A stretch of DNA of 64,000 bases from the human T2T-CHM13v2.0 reference genome, Homo sapiens, in NCBI RefSeq assembly GCF_009914755.1, contig NC_060929.1; one strand, written 5' to 3'. Under the pieces are notes generated by a model. The model searched no databases. It saw only the letters and a list, made by a program, of their open reading frames with translations, and was not told the origin of the DNA. Of the stretch, positions 1-16,589 are shown in pieces. Position 1 is the first letter of the stretch. Every line of letters begins with the position of its first letter. The position numbers and the translations under genes are program-made.

Positions 1-3432
<3,432 letters not shown>

Positions 3433-3835
3433 TTGGCAAGTGTGTAGGAGGCCTTCTTTAAAACACATGTGCTCTAGAGGGTAGAGGATAAACCTTATAA
3501 AGATTCAGGGGCCTACAAATTTTATATAACATTACAATTTTAAGAGGTTGAGTGATGTGTCGTATGCCAGAACATCCCCTCCTATGTAAAGGGCAAATTA
3601 TTATGTTGCAGAATCCCTACCATGAAGAATCATACCTAATATTTCTTTTCAGGTTGTAGAGGTAGCATATTCCATACTTGGGAATGCTGCTCTAACCAAT
3701 TCACCAAACGATGTAAAGGCAGTCGGCATTGACTATGGCTGAACACAAGAAAGAACTCTGCAGCACCTCGTAGGCTGCGGTGCAAGCAGCTCTGCCTCTT
3801 AGGCTGTAGAACTTATCAGGCTCTATGGTATTAAA
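3433..3835 (+). mobile_element. ERVL (class III ERV) pol relic, RT C-terminal/connection region
   Basis: Hand translation gives INLIKIQGPT, CQNIPSYVKGKLL, HIPYLGMLL*PIH and AAVQAALPL, resembling ERVL Pol INPTKIQGP, CRDIPSKVKDKLL, HIPHLGVLLRPIY and AAVQAALPLGP; many stops and frameshifts. Confidence 0.8.
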
Positions 3836-4169
3836 TCTTCTCAAGATTTGAAGCAGTTCTAAAAAATGATATGGTTTTGCAATAATTAAATATAGGTAAT
3901 TCTGACAGCACTGGTTCCTTAAGCCTATCATGCTTCATGTTTAAAATTTGGCTACTGGAAGAAACACATCATTTTCCATATTAGAACTGATGTGATTACT
4001 AGTACCATATCTATATGAAGACAATGTCTAGATAATGAATACAAATAGTGGTAAATGAGGGGATTTTTCATAGGCTTCCAGAAGCCAAAATAATATCTTG
4101 AAAAATGAAATAGTTGATGAACTACACAGTTATTTCCTCTATATAAAACTGTAATCTTCAACTCTTCAA

Positions 4170-4240
4170 CTTCCTTAGGACCTTCAAGGTCATCTAGTCT
4201 GGCACTTTAATTTTACAAATGAGGAAACTGAGGCAAAAAG
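4170..4240 (-). mobile_element. MIR core fragment
   Basis: ATTTTACAAATGAGGAAACTGAGGC, the reverse complement of the MIR core. Confidence 0.55.
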
Positions 4241-4769
4241 AAAAAAAAGATTAAAAATTTCCCTGATATATTTTCAGTTAAAATTTGACCAAAGCCTAAT
4301 TTACATCCAATTATATTCCCATAAAACCAAGTCTCATCAATTCTATATTTAACAATTAAAAACTCAAATCAATCAAATCTAAAATGCAATCATATAAAAG
4401 ATATTCATATATTAAATCATAAAAAATAGAACAGGTGATTAAAAAAGGAGTCATTTGTTCAGACATCTCCTTATCTGGAAACATAGTTCACATGTCATGT
4501 GGTCTTAAGCCTTTACTTCTTCTAACAAAACCCTTTATACAAACTCATAATGACACAAACTTGCTAAAATTTATGTCCCCATTTCTCCTGATTAATTTAT
4601 AGACTGAACGTCATCACTTTTAATAATTTTATGAGATTGGTAGTTTTATGGCCAGTTTTTTAATATCACAGTGCAGTTGTTTCAGAGATCTCAAAATATC
4701 ATTTATAGTTATCACCTATTTCAAAAACACTGTTAGAGAAAAGCATCACATAAAAACCTAATATGAGAA

Positions 4770-5370
4770 AGTACGAAAATAAAGGAAGGGATAAAGTTCC
4801 ATGGAAGCATAGGGAAGGAAGTATAGAACTCTCCTTAGAAGGGGTGAGGAGTGTTTTATAGAAGTAACATATGATATTGGCCTTGAAAAATGAATAGAGA
4901 TTGTCCAGATAAGAGAAAGAGAAGAGGCCTTTCGAAAGCCAACAGAGCAAACAACATTTCAAGGACTCTGAATTGTGAAAGAGAAGGATGAATGGTTCTG
5001 TTCTATAGGAGCATAAAACACGAGTGAGTGCAGGAAGCAAAGGGAGGAGCAGAGACAGATGATGAAGCTGAGAAGGTAGACTGGGGAAAGATTGTGAAAG
5101 GATGTGCATGCTATGCTAAGACCTTCAGATCTGTCCCTACAGGCAATGGTAAACTACTAAAGGTCTTAAGTGGAAAGTTTCAGTGTCACATTTGCATTTT
5201 AAAGTTGAAATGGCTAATATCAATGTGGAGGAAAAACTGGTGGCATGGAGACCAGTGACAGAAATATTGTAATAGTTTAGCAAGAGATGTGAATTGTTGC
5301 TTTGAGAGATAAGAGAGCAATAAAAATTAAAAATGGTTAATTTTCTGCCTTAGATGATGGGGTAATGACG
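4770..5370 (-). mobile_element. L2 fragment
   Basis: Purine-rich L2-type motifs, e.g. GGCCTTGAAAAATGAATAG and GATGAAGCTGAGAAGGTAGACTGGGG...TGCTATGCTAAG...AGGCAATGG. Confidence 0.6.
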
Positions 5371-5437
5371 ATGCCATTAACAAAAAATAAGGGGGATATA
5401 GAAATGTGAACATGAAGTCATAATTTAAAAAGAAGAT

Positions 5438-5580
5438 TGTGTAATTTGGGAATGCCTTCAGCTTCATGCAACAAAGAACATCTATCACTGGCGTAACACA
5501 AATAAGGTTTCGTTTTTCTCATTAAACAAGAAGTTTGGAAGTGGGCAGCTACTGGCACTTGTTTAGAACTTGGTAATATT
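5438..5580 (-). mobile_element. Old MaLR LTR fragment (MLT1J/K-like)
   Basis: GGGAATGCCTTCAGCTTCATGCAACA...TTTTTCTCATTAAACAAGAAGTTTGGAAGTGGGCAG resembles the MLT1J/K terminus. Confidence 0.4.
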
Positions 5581-5670
5581 TTGGCTACACCAAGGAAAAA
5601 ATATGGATGGCAATATGTGCATGAAAAGGGTTCAACATCATTAGCCATTAGGGAAATGCATATTAAAACC

Positions 5671-5803
5671 TGGAAAATGTGATCATTCCCACTCCTATCC
5701 GGAAAGAGGATAAGCAGTATATATTTACTTGAAATGGACAAGCAAGCATATACATTTAGTCTTACCCCAAGGCTATATTAACTCTACTGTCTCTGTCATA
5801 GCT
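5671..5803 (+). mobile_element. ERVL RT core fragment (LPQG motif) embedded in L1M
   Basis: Translates as LENVIIPTPIRKEDKQYIFT*NGQ then, after a frameshift, VLPQGYINS (5762-5785), resembling ERVL RT LANAFFSIP...QFAFSWQGQQYTFTVLPQGYINSP. Confidence 0.75.
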
Positions 5804-6129
5804 TATGACATGACTATGATGAGATACTACTATGCATATATTAGAACTACTAAAATTCAAAAACCGATGTTATCAAGTACTGGCAAAGATATGGAAAAAT
5901 TAGAACTCTCAAACATCGCTAGTGGGAAGACTAAATGATACCGTCACTTTGGAAAATCATTTGGCATTTTCTTATAAGGTCTTACAAAGTTAAACATACA
6001 TTTACCATATCATCCAGCAGTCCCACTCCTAGATATTTACCTAAGAGAAATTAAACTTTATGTTTACACAAAAACCTATACACGAATGTTTATAGCAGCT
6101 TTGTTAATAATCACTAAAAACTGGAAACA

Positions 6130-6433
<304 letters not shown>

Positions 6434-9400
6434 CACTGGAAACAACTCAAATACCCCTCAGCCAGTTAATGGATAAATTGTTGTCATTCTTACAGTGGAA
6501 TATTATTCTGCAATAAAAAGGAACAAACTACTGAAGACAACATGTGTTCATTATGTTTAGTGAAAAAGATAGAAACAATCACATGAAGGATTCCATGTAT
6601 ATGATAGTCTGAAAATGCAAAACTAAACGTTAAACTAATGTAAAACCAAAAGAACTGTAATCGTATCAGTGATGGCCATGAACAGGGTGAGGAAACTGGC
6701 TACAAAGAGGCATGAGGAGATTTCATGGGATGATGGAACTGTTCAATACGGATGGAACTGATTATGGTGGTGGTTATACAATTGTATATATTTATCAAAA
6801 CTCATGGAATTATACACCTAAAAGGGTAAATTTTACTGAATGTAAATTATACTTCAACAAATGTGATACTTAAAAGGCTAGATTATAAGATAATTGCTTA
6901 TTTTCAGGAAAAAAAATGGATAGTCTTATAAGACTAAGGTGCTAACATTAACACTTAATATGATGTGGAGGAAGCAGAATTAGAGACTTAGTATCCCATA
7001 GTAAGTTAATGGTCAGAATTTGTAATGTTTGAAGATGTGTCTTTTTACATTTATGGGAAATATTCAATGGGCTTGAGAATGATTTTATCTTTTTTCTTGA
7101 TGCTGTGTAACCATAAATTTCTGATAAACGTTAGCTTTTTAGAACCTTTTTACTTTCCAACTCTTGTTACCTTGAGCTACTTCTCAGTCAACGATCTGTA
7201 TTTGCTTTTATTTCATTATTTATATTTTATTCTTTATAGCATATATGGTATACTATTTTACTAAATAAATCTATAATTTATTATTATAGATTTACATTGT
7301 ACTAAGTTCATCAATTACAAAGAGATGTAGAGGCTTTTATAAATCTGATCACATATACACATATAACGTATAATGCCATGATTTTTACATTTCTATTTTA
7401 CCATAAAAAGACTTTCAACTAATGAAAAAATATGATACATAGATATCATACAGCAAACTTATGATAGACATAGATAGATATAGTTTTGTATAAGACAGTA
7501 GTTGAGAACTTTATATTCTTCTATTGCTAAGAAATAGCATTTTATCTATTTTCCAAAATTTCCTGTGTGCATTGCTAATGATAACCATTCAACTTCTCTA
7601 ATTAGGTCAAAATGGTATCTTGGAAGACAATGGTTCAATTCACTATGACTTCACAAACAACATTAACTCAATAGAACTCTACATCAGACCTTTTTCTCCC
7701 ATTTTCTCATAGCAGAATCTCTAGCTCATGAATACAAGACTAGCATACAATCAGAAGGTTCAAGGACAATGGTGTTGAGTTTTCTGGGTTTATACGCATT
7801 GGATTTGTGAGGTATCTTTGCCTGAGTTCTCACCCTAAGTCTCCTGAAAGACAGACAAGCCTGAGCACCATTAAAAACACTGGCAATTTGTTCTCAGGTT
7901 AAATTTCTCTTCCACTTATGTATGTGTTTTGTATGCTTTTGTCGTGTTTGTCCTACACAGTGATTTCTCTTTGGAATCTGCCCCACCTTCCTATAGGCCT
8001 GGGGAAATCTCCCAAACAGTGGCTGTGAATGCACCTCAAGACCCATTTTCTGACCTCTTTTCTACACTGTACTTGACTGTTTAATTTCCTATTTAGGACA
8101 AATTAATTGTTGCATGCTCTAATGAGACTGCAAAGGATCCCGTTCCAGTCCACAATCTTGGAAGAGGTTACGCAGAGGTTGTCCAGATTGATGGTTCCAG
8201 GGTGGATGACCTGAAAATGAACTTTGACTAAACTTTGCTCTTTGTGCACTTGCCGGTCTGCACTTGGAAAGTGGCAATTGTCTGTAGCAGACAATTTAAA
8301 ACTTCAGGCTAAGATTTTGTGTGGAGGTTCGCCTTTGGAAGAGGGAGAGGGAAAAAAACCCTTTGTCAATCTTTTCAATACTGGTTTTACCAATTGTTTT
8401 TCTCAGTGTTTTATTCTTTATTATATCCAAGCTACGTTTCAGAATGGAAAGTATTAGCCCAACTAAAAATGTCTTTTTTCATTTTCCCTTGCTCCAGATG
8501 CAATATAAGTTAGAATAATTTTTTTAACTTGAACCCAGTCTACTATAATGCAAATCGTATAATGCCCTTAAGAATTTTGATAATATGCTTACAAATATTA
8601 ATTGGTTCCCACAACCTGTGAACCATGCATTAAATCCGTTCACTGATTGGATATAATTTATCTCTGGTTTATGTTGGCATTGAAGACAACTGTGTTGAAA
8701 TGATTAAATTTCAACTCTGCAATCCAAGACTACAATCTAGAGATTCCTCCTGAACTAATTATTCATCAAAATGAATACTAGAGAACCTTTTCCATTAAAG
8801 TGCCAGTACAAAGTGACAGAACATTCTGAAATAAATTATTTAGGCTCAGCTTACCCTGGCAGTTAGACTGGAGTCTATGTGTTCTATAAAACCACGTTTT
8901 GAATAACATAAAACTACTCTCCACTTAAAGAAACATAAACAAAATAACAGTGTTATTTTAGATAATATTCTTCATTATATTTCCTCATAAGCAGTTTATT
9001 AAATGTCACATTGTTCTCATAAGGAATCATGAATAGGAAGTGCCATCTCCTTATGAGAGTTGGGAAAACTGACATTGGAAAACGGCTTCGATTGTTTTAT
9101 GAAACAATAGATTTGGAACAAGAAGTCAACATTTCTTTTCTGGCCACTTTTCATTTTTCTTCATCCTTGCATCCATTATTTCCTGAAGTGGCCTACACAA
9201 TCCCAGGTGGTACCCAACTATCTCCCTTGTCTCACAGTAACATTAAGTGAAAATAAACAAAGATGGAGGGGCCTTAACATACCCCTGTATTCGTAGGTAG
9301 AAAAGAGTTTACTGATATCTTTCTTATTGACCAAAGTCCCATAAAAGTATAGGGGAGCATCATAAAAGATCACCACACACTTGGAACCAGACTGAAGTGG

Positions 9401-9523
9401 ACATGAAAGACTCTCAGTCTTCCCTTAAAAATCTGTGTAAACTCCCAATCTTAGCAACACCCTAGAGAAACCAGATTGTTTCACCTTCTTAGAAGCATTC
9501 TTTATGTCTTAGTTGAATTGGGC

Positions 9524-10024
9524 TTTTTTTCCATAGGTTTTGGGGAACAGGTGGTGTTGGTTACATGAGTAAGTTCTTTAGTGGTGATTTGTGAGATTTT
9601 GGTGCACCCCTCACCCAAGCAGTATACACTGTACCCAATTTGTAGTCTTTGATTCCTCACCTGCCTCTCACTGTTTCCCTCAAGTCTCCAAAGTCCATTG
9701 TATCATTCTTATGCCTTTGCATCCTCATAGCTTAGCTCCCACTATGAGTGAGGGCATACTGTGTTTGGTTTTCCATTTTTGAATTAGTTTACTTGAATAA
9801 TGGTCTCCAATTCCATCCAGGTTACTGTGAATGCCATTATTTCATTCCTTTTTATAGCCGAATAGTATTCTATTGTGTGTATGTGTATATACATATATAT
9901 ATACACACACTCTCTCTCTATATATATATATATACACACACTATATATATATATATACACACTATATATATATACACACACTATATATATATATATAAAC
10001 TGTGGTGTATATATGTATATATAT

Positions 10025-10077
<53 letters not shown>

Positions 10078-11298
10078 CCACAGTTTCTTTATCCACTCAT
10101 TGATTGATGGACTTTGGGCTAGTTCCATATTTTTGCAATTGCAAATTGTGCTGCTATAAACATGCTTATGCAAGTGTCTTTTTTGTATAATGACTTATTT
10201 TCTGGGCAAATACCCAGGAGTGGGATTGCTAGATAAAATGGTAGTTCTACTTTTAATTCTTAAAGAATCTCCACACTATTTTCCACTGTGTTTGTACTAG
10301 TTTACATTCCCACCAACAGTGTAAAAGTGTTCCCTTTTCACCATATCCCTGCAAACATCTATTTTTTTTTTTTTTTTGATTATGGCCATTCTTGGGGGAG
10401 TAAGGTGATATCGCATTGTGGTTTTGATTTGCATTTCCCTAATCATTAGTGATGTTGAGTATTTTTTCAAATGTTTTTTGGCCATTTATATACCCTCTTT
10501 TGAGAATTGTTTATTCACGTCCTTAGCCCATTTTTTCTGATGGGATTATTTGTTTTTTCTTGCTAACTTGTTTGAGTTCCTTGTAGATTCTAGATATTAG
10601 TCCTTTGTTGGATGTATAGATTGTGAAGATTTTCTCCCACTCTGTGGGTTGTCTGTTTGCTGACTGTTTCTTTTGCTGTGCAGAAACTTTTTAGTTTAAT
10701 TAAATCCCACCTAATAAAAAAATCATTGTTTTTGTTGCATCTGCTTTTGGGTAGAGTCAATATTGTGAAAATGACCATACTGCCAAAAGCAATCTACAAA
10801 GTCAATGCAATTCTTATCAAAATACCACCATCATTCTTCACAGAACTAGACAGGACAACACAAAATTCATATGGAACCAAGAAAGAGCATAGCCAAAGCA
10901 AGACTAAGCAAAAAGAACAAATCTGGAGGCATTACATTACCTGACTATGCTATATTGTAAGGCCATAGTCACCAAATCAACATGGTACTGGTATAAAAGT
11001 AGGCTCATAGACCAATGGAACAGAATAGAGAACCCAGAAATAAAGCCAAATACTTAAAGCCAACTAGCTTCGACAAAGCAAACAAAAACATAAAGGGGGG
11101 AATGGACACTCAATTCAACAAATGGTGCTGGGATAATTGGCAAGCCACATGTAGAAGAATGAAACTGGATCCTCATCTCTCACCTTATACAAAAATCTAC
11201 TCAAGATGGATCAAGGACTTAAATCTAAGACCTGAAATCATAAAAATTCTAGAAGACAGCATCAGAAAAACCCTTCTACACATTGGCTTAGGCAAAGA
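9524..11298 (-). mobile_element. L1PB1-like element with 5' inversion (minus 9524-10750, inverted plus segment 10751-11298)
   Basis: L1PB-type 3' end TTCCATAGGTTTTGGGGAACAGG; orientation switch at ~10750; TSD GAATTG(A)GGCTTTTT at 9515-9529 and 11297-11311. Confidence 0.88.
9875..10077. repeat. Compound (TA)n/(CA)n microsatellite inside L1PB1, including pure (AT)19 at 10029-10066
   Basis: Directly visible. Confidence 0.95.
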
Positions 11299-11303
11299 AT
11301 TGA

Positions 11304-11663
<360 letters not shown>

Positions 11664-11784
11664 TACAATTATTTTTTTAAATATTATCCCTTTTAGTGTT
11701 ACTGTGCACTCCTAAGGCCAGTCTTCCATGCCCAGAGACAAAGAAACTTGAGACTGCTAAATCAATTCCTCAAGTTTCTCCAAG

Positions 11785-11828
11785 TTTGTTTTTTGTTTGT
11801 TTGTTTGTTTGTTTGTTTGTTTGTTTTT
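11785..11828. repeat. (TTTG)n microsatellite
   Basis: Directly visible. Confidence 0.9.
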
Positions 11829-14300
11829 GCTAGAGTTCTCTAATATCGACCAGTACCTATTGACTGGCACAGAGTTAGGCAGGGATCAAGGAACCAAGGA
11901 AGGCATCTTTCTAGACTATAGTCAACCAGCACACACTCATCAACAAGGCTGGCCTATAGAAAAAAAAAATAAAATGCCATTCTGTGGATTCTAGCATCTC
12001 TTGAAATTACATTATCCTTGGGTAAATAGGATTGAGGAAAGAGTGTTGATAGAAACTTCTGTCAATAAACTACACTCTCCACTCTTTACTTCCCTTAATT
12101 TGTCCATTAAAAATCCAAGATCAACATTGGAACTGGAACTCATGGGCAGGCATAAAATAAAAGTCTTAGAAATAGAACTCCAGAAGCAGTGTTCCTGCAA
12201 TACTCCTTCCACCTGAAATAGTTATTGACTGAATAATCCATAATATATTGGCCCAGTCTCCTTTGCAAGAATAGAGCTTGATTGTTACATCCTAAGCTAA
12301 ATTAGGGTGAAACTGAAATGAAAGAGGCAGAAGCAAATCCTCTGATGAACAAAGATGATCTGCGTTAATATCAGAAATGAAAGTGGCAGAATGTGCTGGA
12401 AAAAAAAATAGCCTTTTGGACTTGGAAAGGGATAATATCTGCTAAATAGAATGTCTTTCACTGTTTTCCATGAGGCATCATCAACTCTTTGGGGGTGATT
12501 TCAAATCACACCAGGTTGTACTAACTTGGCTCAGAGATTAGAAATTGAGACGCAGCTATGATCAGGTACTTATCGCAGTTTAGGATGCTATAGAAAATGA
12601 TAGAGCAATGACCTAGTCTCTGTTGCTTCCATTCTTCACAGCTTTCACTTATTTACTTTCCTCTGGAAGGCAATTTGATTTTAGAGATGTTGTTGTTATG
12701 AACTTTTTTTAAGTTACTGACTTATCTTTTGGTAGAAATTTAAGATGGACCACTGCTGTTCCTGTAAAACAACGCTCTAGACTCAGTGGAAAAAAATGAT
12801 TGACAGCTCAGTGCCTTTTGAGGGTTTCTTTCAAATTGAACTCCATGTCAAGACTTTCAGTCATCCAAATTCTCAAATTATTCCATGTAGAGAGCTCTAG
12901 GTGCCCTGCAACCTTCTCCACTGGCTACATGCCTCTTTCTTTCCTCTTAAAACAGTACTGGGAACAGAAGTACTAACAAAGCTAAGACCACAGTGCAACC
13001 AAGAAACATTAGACAAAAGCTAATTCCATTTTTTTAAATATATAATCAGTGTCCCTGAGCACTGATCACAAGCAAATGAGAGTGTAGCTTAGTTTAAAGT
13101 TAATTTCTTCATCACAAATAATTATAGTAAATTGGTTTTGTGCTATCAACTCTTACTATATTTTCAATTGATTCACTACCAAAACAGAAAAAAGCCTGAA
13201 AGACTAAGGCCACATGGCATTAGGGAATGAAAATTATTTACTCTACGAAGCATATTTTTGAATTGTTAAACAATAATAACTGGTTTTGAGTTAGATGATT
13301 GGCATGCTGGAAAAATTTAGAAAGGAGGAAATTTGTTTCCCTAGAATACATCAGCCTATTAATTATTAAGGCAGGCAATCCATATTTATACAAAGAAAGA
13401 TTGTTCATCTTGTATATGTATACATAGTCATTTAAAAATGGCAATGATTACAACTAAATACTAGACTAAATTTTTCAATTATGTATATTTCAAATAAAAA
13501 ATATATAAAACTTCAGGTTCCTATTTAGAGAAGACTTTTATTTCTAGGGAGCCATTATAACATCCAAGAATCTATAGACCTCTGTATTATCATTATATTC
13601 ATTCTTTTATCTTTTTTATGCTGATTCCCTTGATGGTTTTTTTCTTCCTTTCTGTTTAGGGCAGGCAGCTTTCCTTTATATTATTCCCAATAGTGTTGAG
13701 GTGTGAAGCAAACAGTAAGACAATCAGGTACAAGCTATTCATCAGGATTAGGTAAAAGTCAGAACAATTCAACCGAAATTAATAGGAAGGGATGTAACAA
13801 ACCCACCTTCTTACAATTTATTTGAAAGTCAGATAATATCAATTAGCATTTATCAAATAAGAATGGGCAGGTGAGAGTGACAGCATTTTACCTACCTCGA
13901 AGGAACATGTGATGATGAATGACTCAATCATGAAATATTTTAAGTCAGCATTTCTTGAGCACTGACTGTATTTAAGCAACTCCAAATATCAAAATAAAAC
14001 AGAAAAACTCAGTTGTGGAGCCATAGTTGGATGGACACAAAGCCATTACGCTTAGCATTTCACTAAGATAGAGTCCTAACCTTCTGTCTGTTCATGTCCT
14101 AAGAGATAAGCACTAAATAATGTTTATCTGGATTCTATTTGATTAGTTTCAGTGTGAAAAATCATTTTCTGCGTATGTGTATTACCCTTTTCTAAGGAGC
14201 TCCTGGGACTCCACAGTTAATTCCCACCAATCCCTCCAAGATGGCTACTATTAGATCCCTTTATGAGGAGAGAAAATGAAAGCGAAGACAGAACTCTTAC

Positions 14301-14336
14301 CCTTGCCTCAATTTACTTACTGGTAAATCACTCTTC
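14301..14336 (-). other. Candidate 36-nt cassette microexon
   Basis: Minus strand reads ttctctgtttttccctgcag|GAAGAGTGAT...GAGGCAAGG|gtaaga; one open frame KSDLPVSKLRQ; no transcript evidence. Confidence 0.35.
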
Positions 14337-14664
14337 CTGCAGGGAAAAACAGAGAATTCTTGACCTTGCAACTCCTGGTGTGTTCGAGTTTAAATTCACT
14401 GAGAAATTTCAAGCTGCTTATATTTTATTTGAATATTTGATGTCAATGTTGACACCAGTATTACAAACATGGAATAAAGTGTTGAAAGCAAATGTGGCTA
14501 GTGAGATATGATTAATTTAGGTTATGTCTATAAATTTGAATGTATTAGATTTCTTAGCCTTCCAGTTAAATAGATAATTAATGCCAAGAAAAGATAATTG
14601 TTTACATTAGATAGTTACACAATTAGAATTTTATGGAAAAATTATTCGACTCAGCTACTGTTTT

Positions 14665-14930
14665 TCTTTTCATTCATTCATTCATTAAAAGTATAAATAT
14701 GGAGCACCTGCAGCTGTGTACTAGAGCTAAATGCATAGTGACTAGGCATTGTGTGAGGGCTGAGGATATGCACAGGGGGCTAGCAGACTCCCTCCCTGCC
14801 AGCATGGAACTCCTGGTTTGGCAGAGGAAAACCACAAAGTCCATTTAAACATCTCATGATACACAGGTAAAAGAGAGCTATCAATGGAGTACACCACATG
14901 GACACCTAATCTACCAGGGATAACCAGACA
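14665..14930 (-). mobile_element. L2 3' end
   Basis: (TTCA)n tail followed by GGAGCACCT...AGGCATTGTGTGAGGGCTGAGGAT...TCCCTGCC. Confidence 0.6.
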
Positions 14931-15632
14931 ACAACCAAGAAAGACATCTTAGTGACAAAAAAAAGGTATGCAGGGATTAGAAAAGTATTGAGACAACTGA
15001 TTTGATGATTAAATGTAATATGAGGCCAGTTAAGCCTTATATTGTGGGGGCTGTAAGGGTGCTAAGGAGAAGGAGGGAAATGTTAAGCAAAACTCTTAGA
15101 TTTAATGGATGTGATCTTAAAATGCCTTCTTTTTGAGAAATAAATTAATTTAATGAAAATTTAACTCATTTAATGTCATAGAACATGTAAATTATTTTCT
15201 GGGGACTGGTGGCTTACATGGCGAAATGCAATAAGTGTTTGCTTTAACTCTACTTTCAAGAAATACCTAGAGTATATAAGTCATAGAATATCAATATACC
15301 ACTTGATTCTAAGTGTTTCTTCGCAGTTATGCAGTGAAGTTGCCAAATAGGATGCAAACACATTTAATTGGGCAAATTGAATTAAACAGATACTAAAGGT
15401 GAAAAAATTACTGATAACAGCCCAGAGATCTAACTTGAAATTTGTAGTATCCTTTTAAATAACAGTATTTTCAATTGAAATATCAAAAAAAATTTACAAA
15501 TTTGAGAAATTCCTGTCTTAATATGAGACAAATGAAAAATTCTGCATTTACTAGGGAAATATTAAAACCTTAGAAAGAAAAATTCAAAAATGAAATAAAT
15601 ATAAATCTATCAAAACACGTACATTTGATGTT

Positions 15633-16078
15633 TGTAATAGTTTTCTAGGGCTGCTGTAACAAAGTATCACAAACTAAGTAGTTTAAACAACGGAAATGTA
15701 TTGTCTCACAGCTCTGGAGGCTGTGAATCCAAGATCAAGGTATTAGCAGGGTTGCTTCCATCTGAGGGTTGTGAGGAAGAATCTGTTTCATGCCTCTCTC
15801 CTAGCTTCTGGTGGTTTGCTAGTAATCTTAATCTTTAGCATTCTTTGGCATCATCTCAATCTCTGTCTTCATCTTTACATGGTATACTGTCATGTGCATG
15901 TGTCTCCAAATTTCACCTTTTTATAAGTGCAACAATTATATTGAATTAGGTCTTGTTCTAATGAGCTCATTTCAACTTGATACCTTTATAAAGACCTTAC
16001 CTCCAAGTAGGGTCACATTATGAGTTACTGCAGGTTAGGATGTCAGCATACAAATTTGGAGAAGGGCCAAATATAACA
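15633..16078 (-). mobile_element. MLT1C-like MaLR solo LTR
   Basis: TGTAATAGTTTTCTAGGGCTGCTGTAACAAAGTATCACAAACT...GAATCTGTTTCATGCCTCTCTCCTAGCTTCTGGTGG. Confidence 0.8.
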
Positions 16079-16079
16079 A

Positions 16080-16589
16080 TGCTGAAAACTACACATCATT
16101 GTTCAACGAAATCTAAGTAAATGGAGAAGCATGTGTTCATGAACTGGAAAACTCAACATAGTAAAGATGTCAATTCTCCCTAAATTGAGCTGTAGATATA
16201 ATTCCAATAATAATCCCAGCAAAATTTGTGTATGTATAGAAAGGTATATATTTGTATATATTTTTATATAGAGAGAAAAGTATATATTTGTATATAGTTT
16301 TGTATATATACAAAAATACATATTTGTATATAAAAGTATATACTAGTATTTTTTTGTTTATGTGGAAAACATATATTGTAAAATTTATTTGAAAAGACAA
16401 AAGAACTAGGACTACCAAAATAATTCTGAAAAAGAATAAAGTCAAAGAAATCATGCTACCCAACTTTAAGATTTATCATAAAATTACAATAATTAAAACA
16501 GTGTAGTATTCATGATGGGACAGACATATAAATGAATGATCATAGCAAATACAGAAATGAACCCAAACAAATCCTTCAAACTGATTTTT
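16080..16589 (+). mobile_element. Old L1M ORF2 fragment, 5' part, split by the full-length L1PA
   Basis: GGAAAACTCAACATAGTAAAGATGTCAATTCTCCCTAAATTG; continues collinearly at 22787. Confidence 0.7.

Noticed and set aside
9748-10173. Tyr/Ile-rich ORFs on both strands
   Set aside because: Translations of the (TA)n microsatellite.
14263-14511. 82-aa plus-strand ORF and other 60-100 aa ORFs in unique DNA
   Set aside because: Lengths expected by chance, with no recognisable domain or supporting gene structure.
16225-16350. Degenerate ~35-bp AT-rich repeats (also 28755-28890 and 33245-33310)
   Set aside because: Low-complexity slippage products, with no organisation suggesting function.
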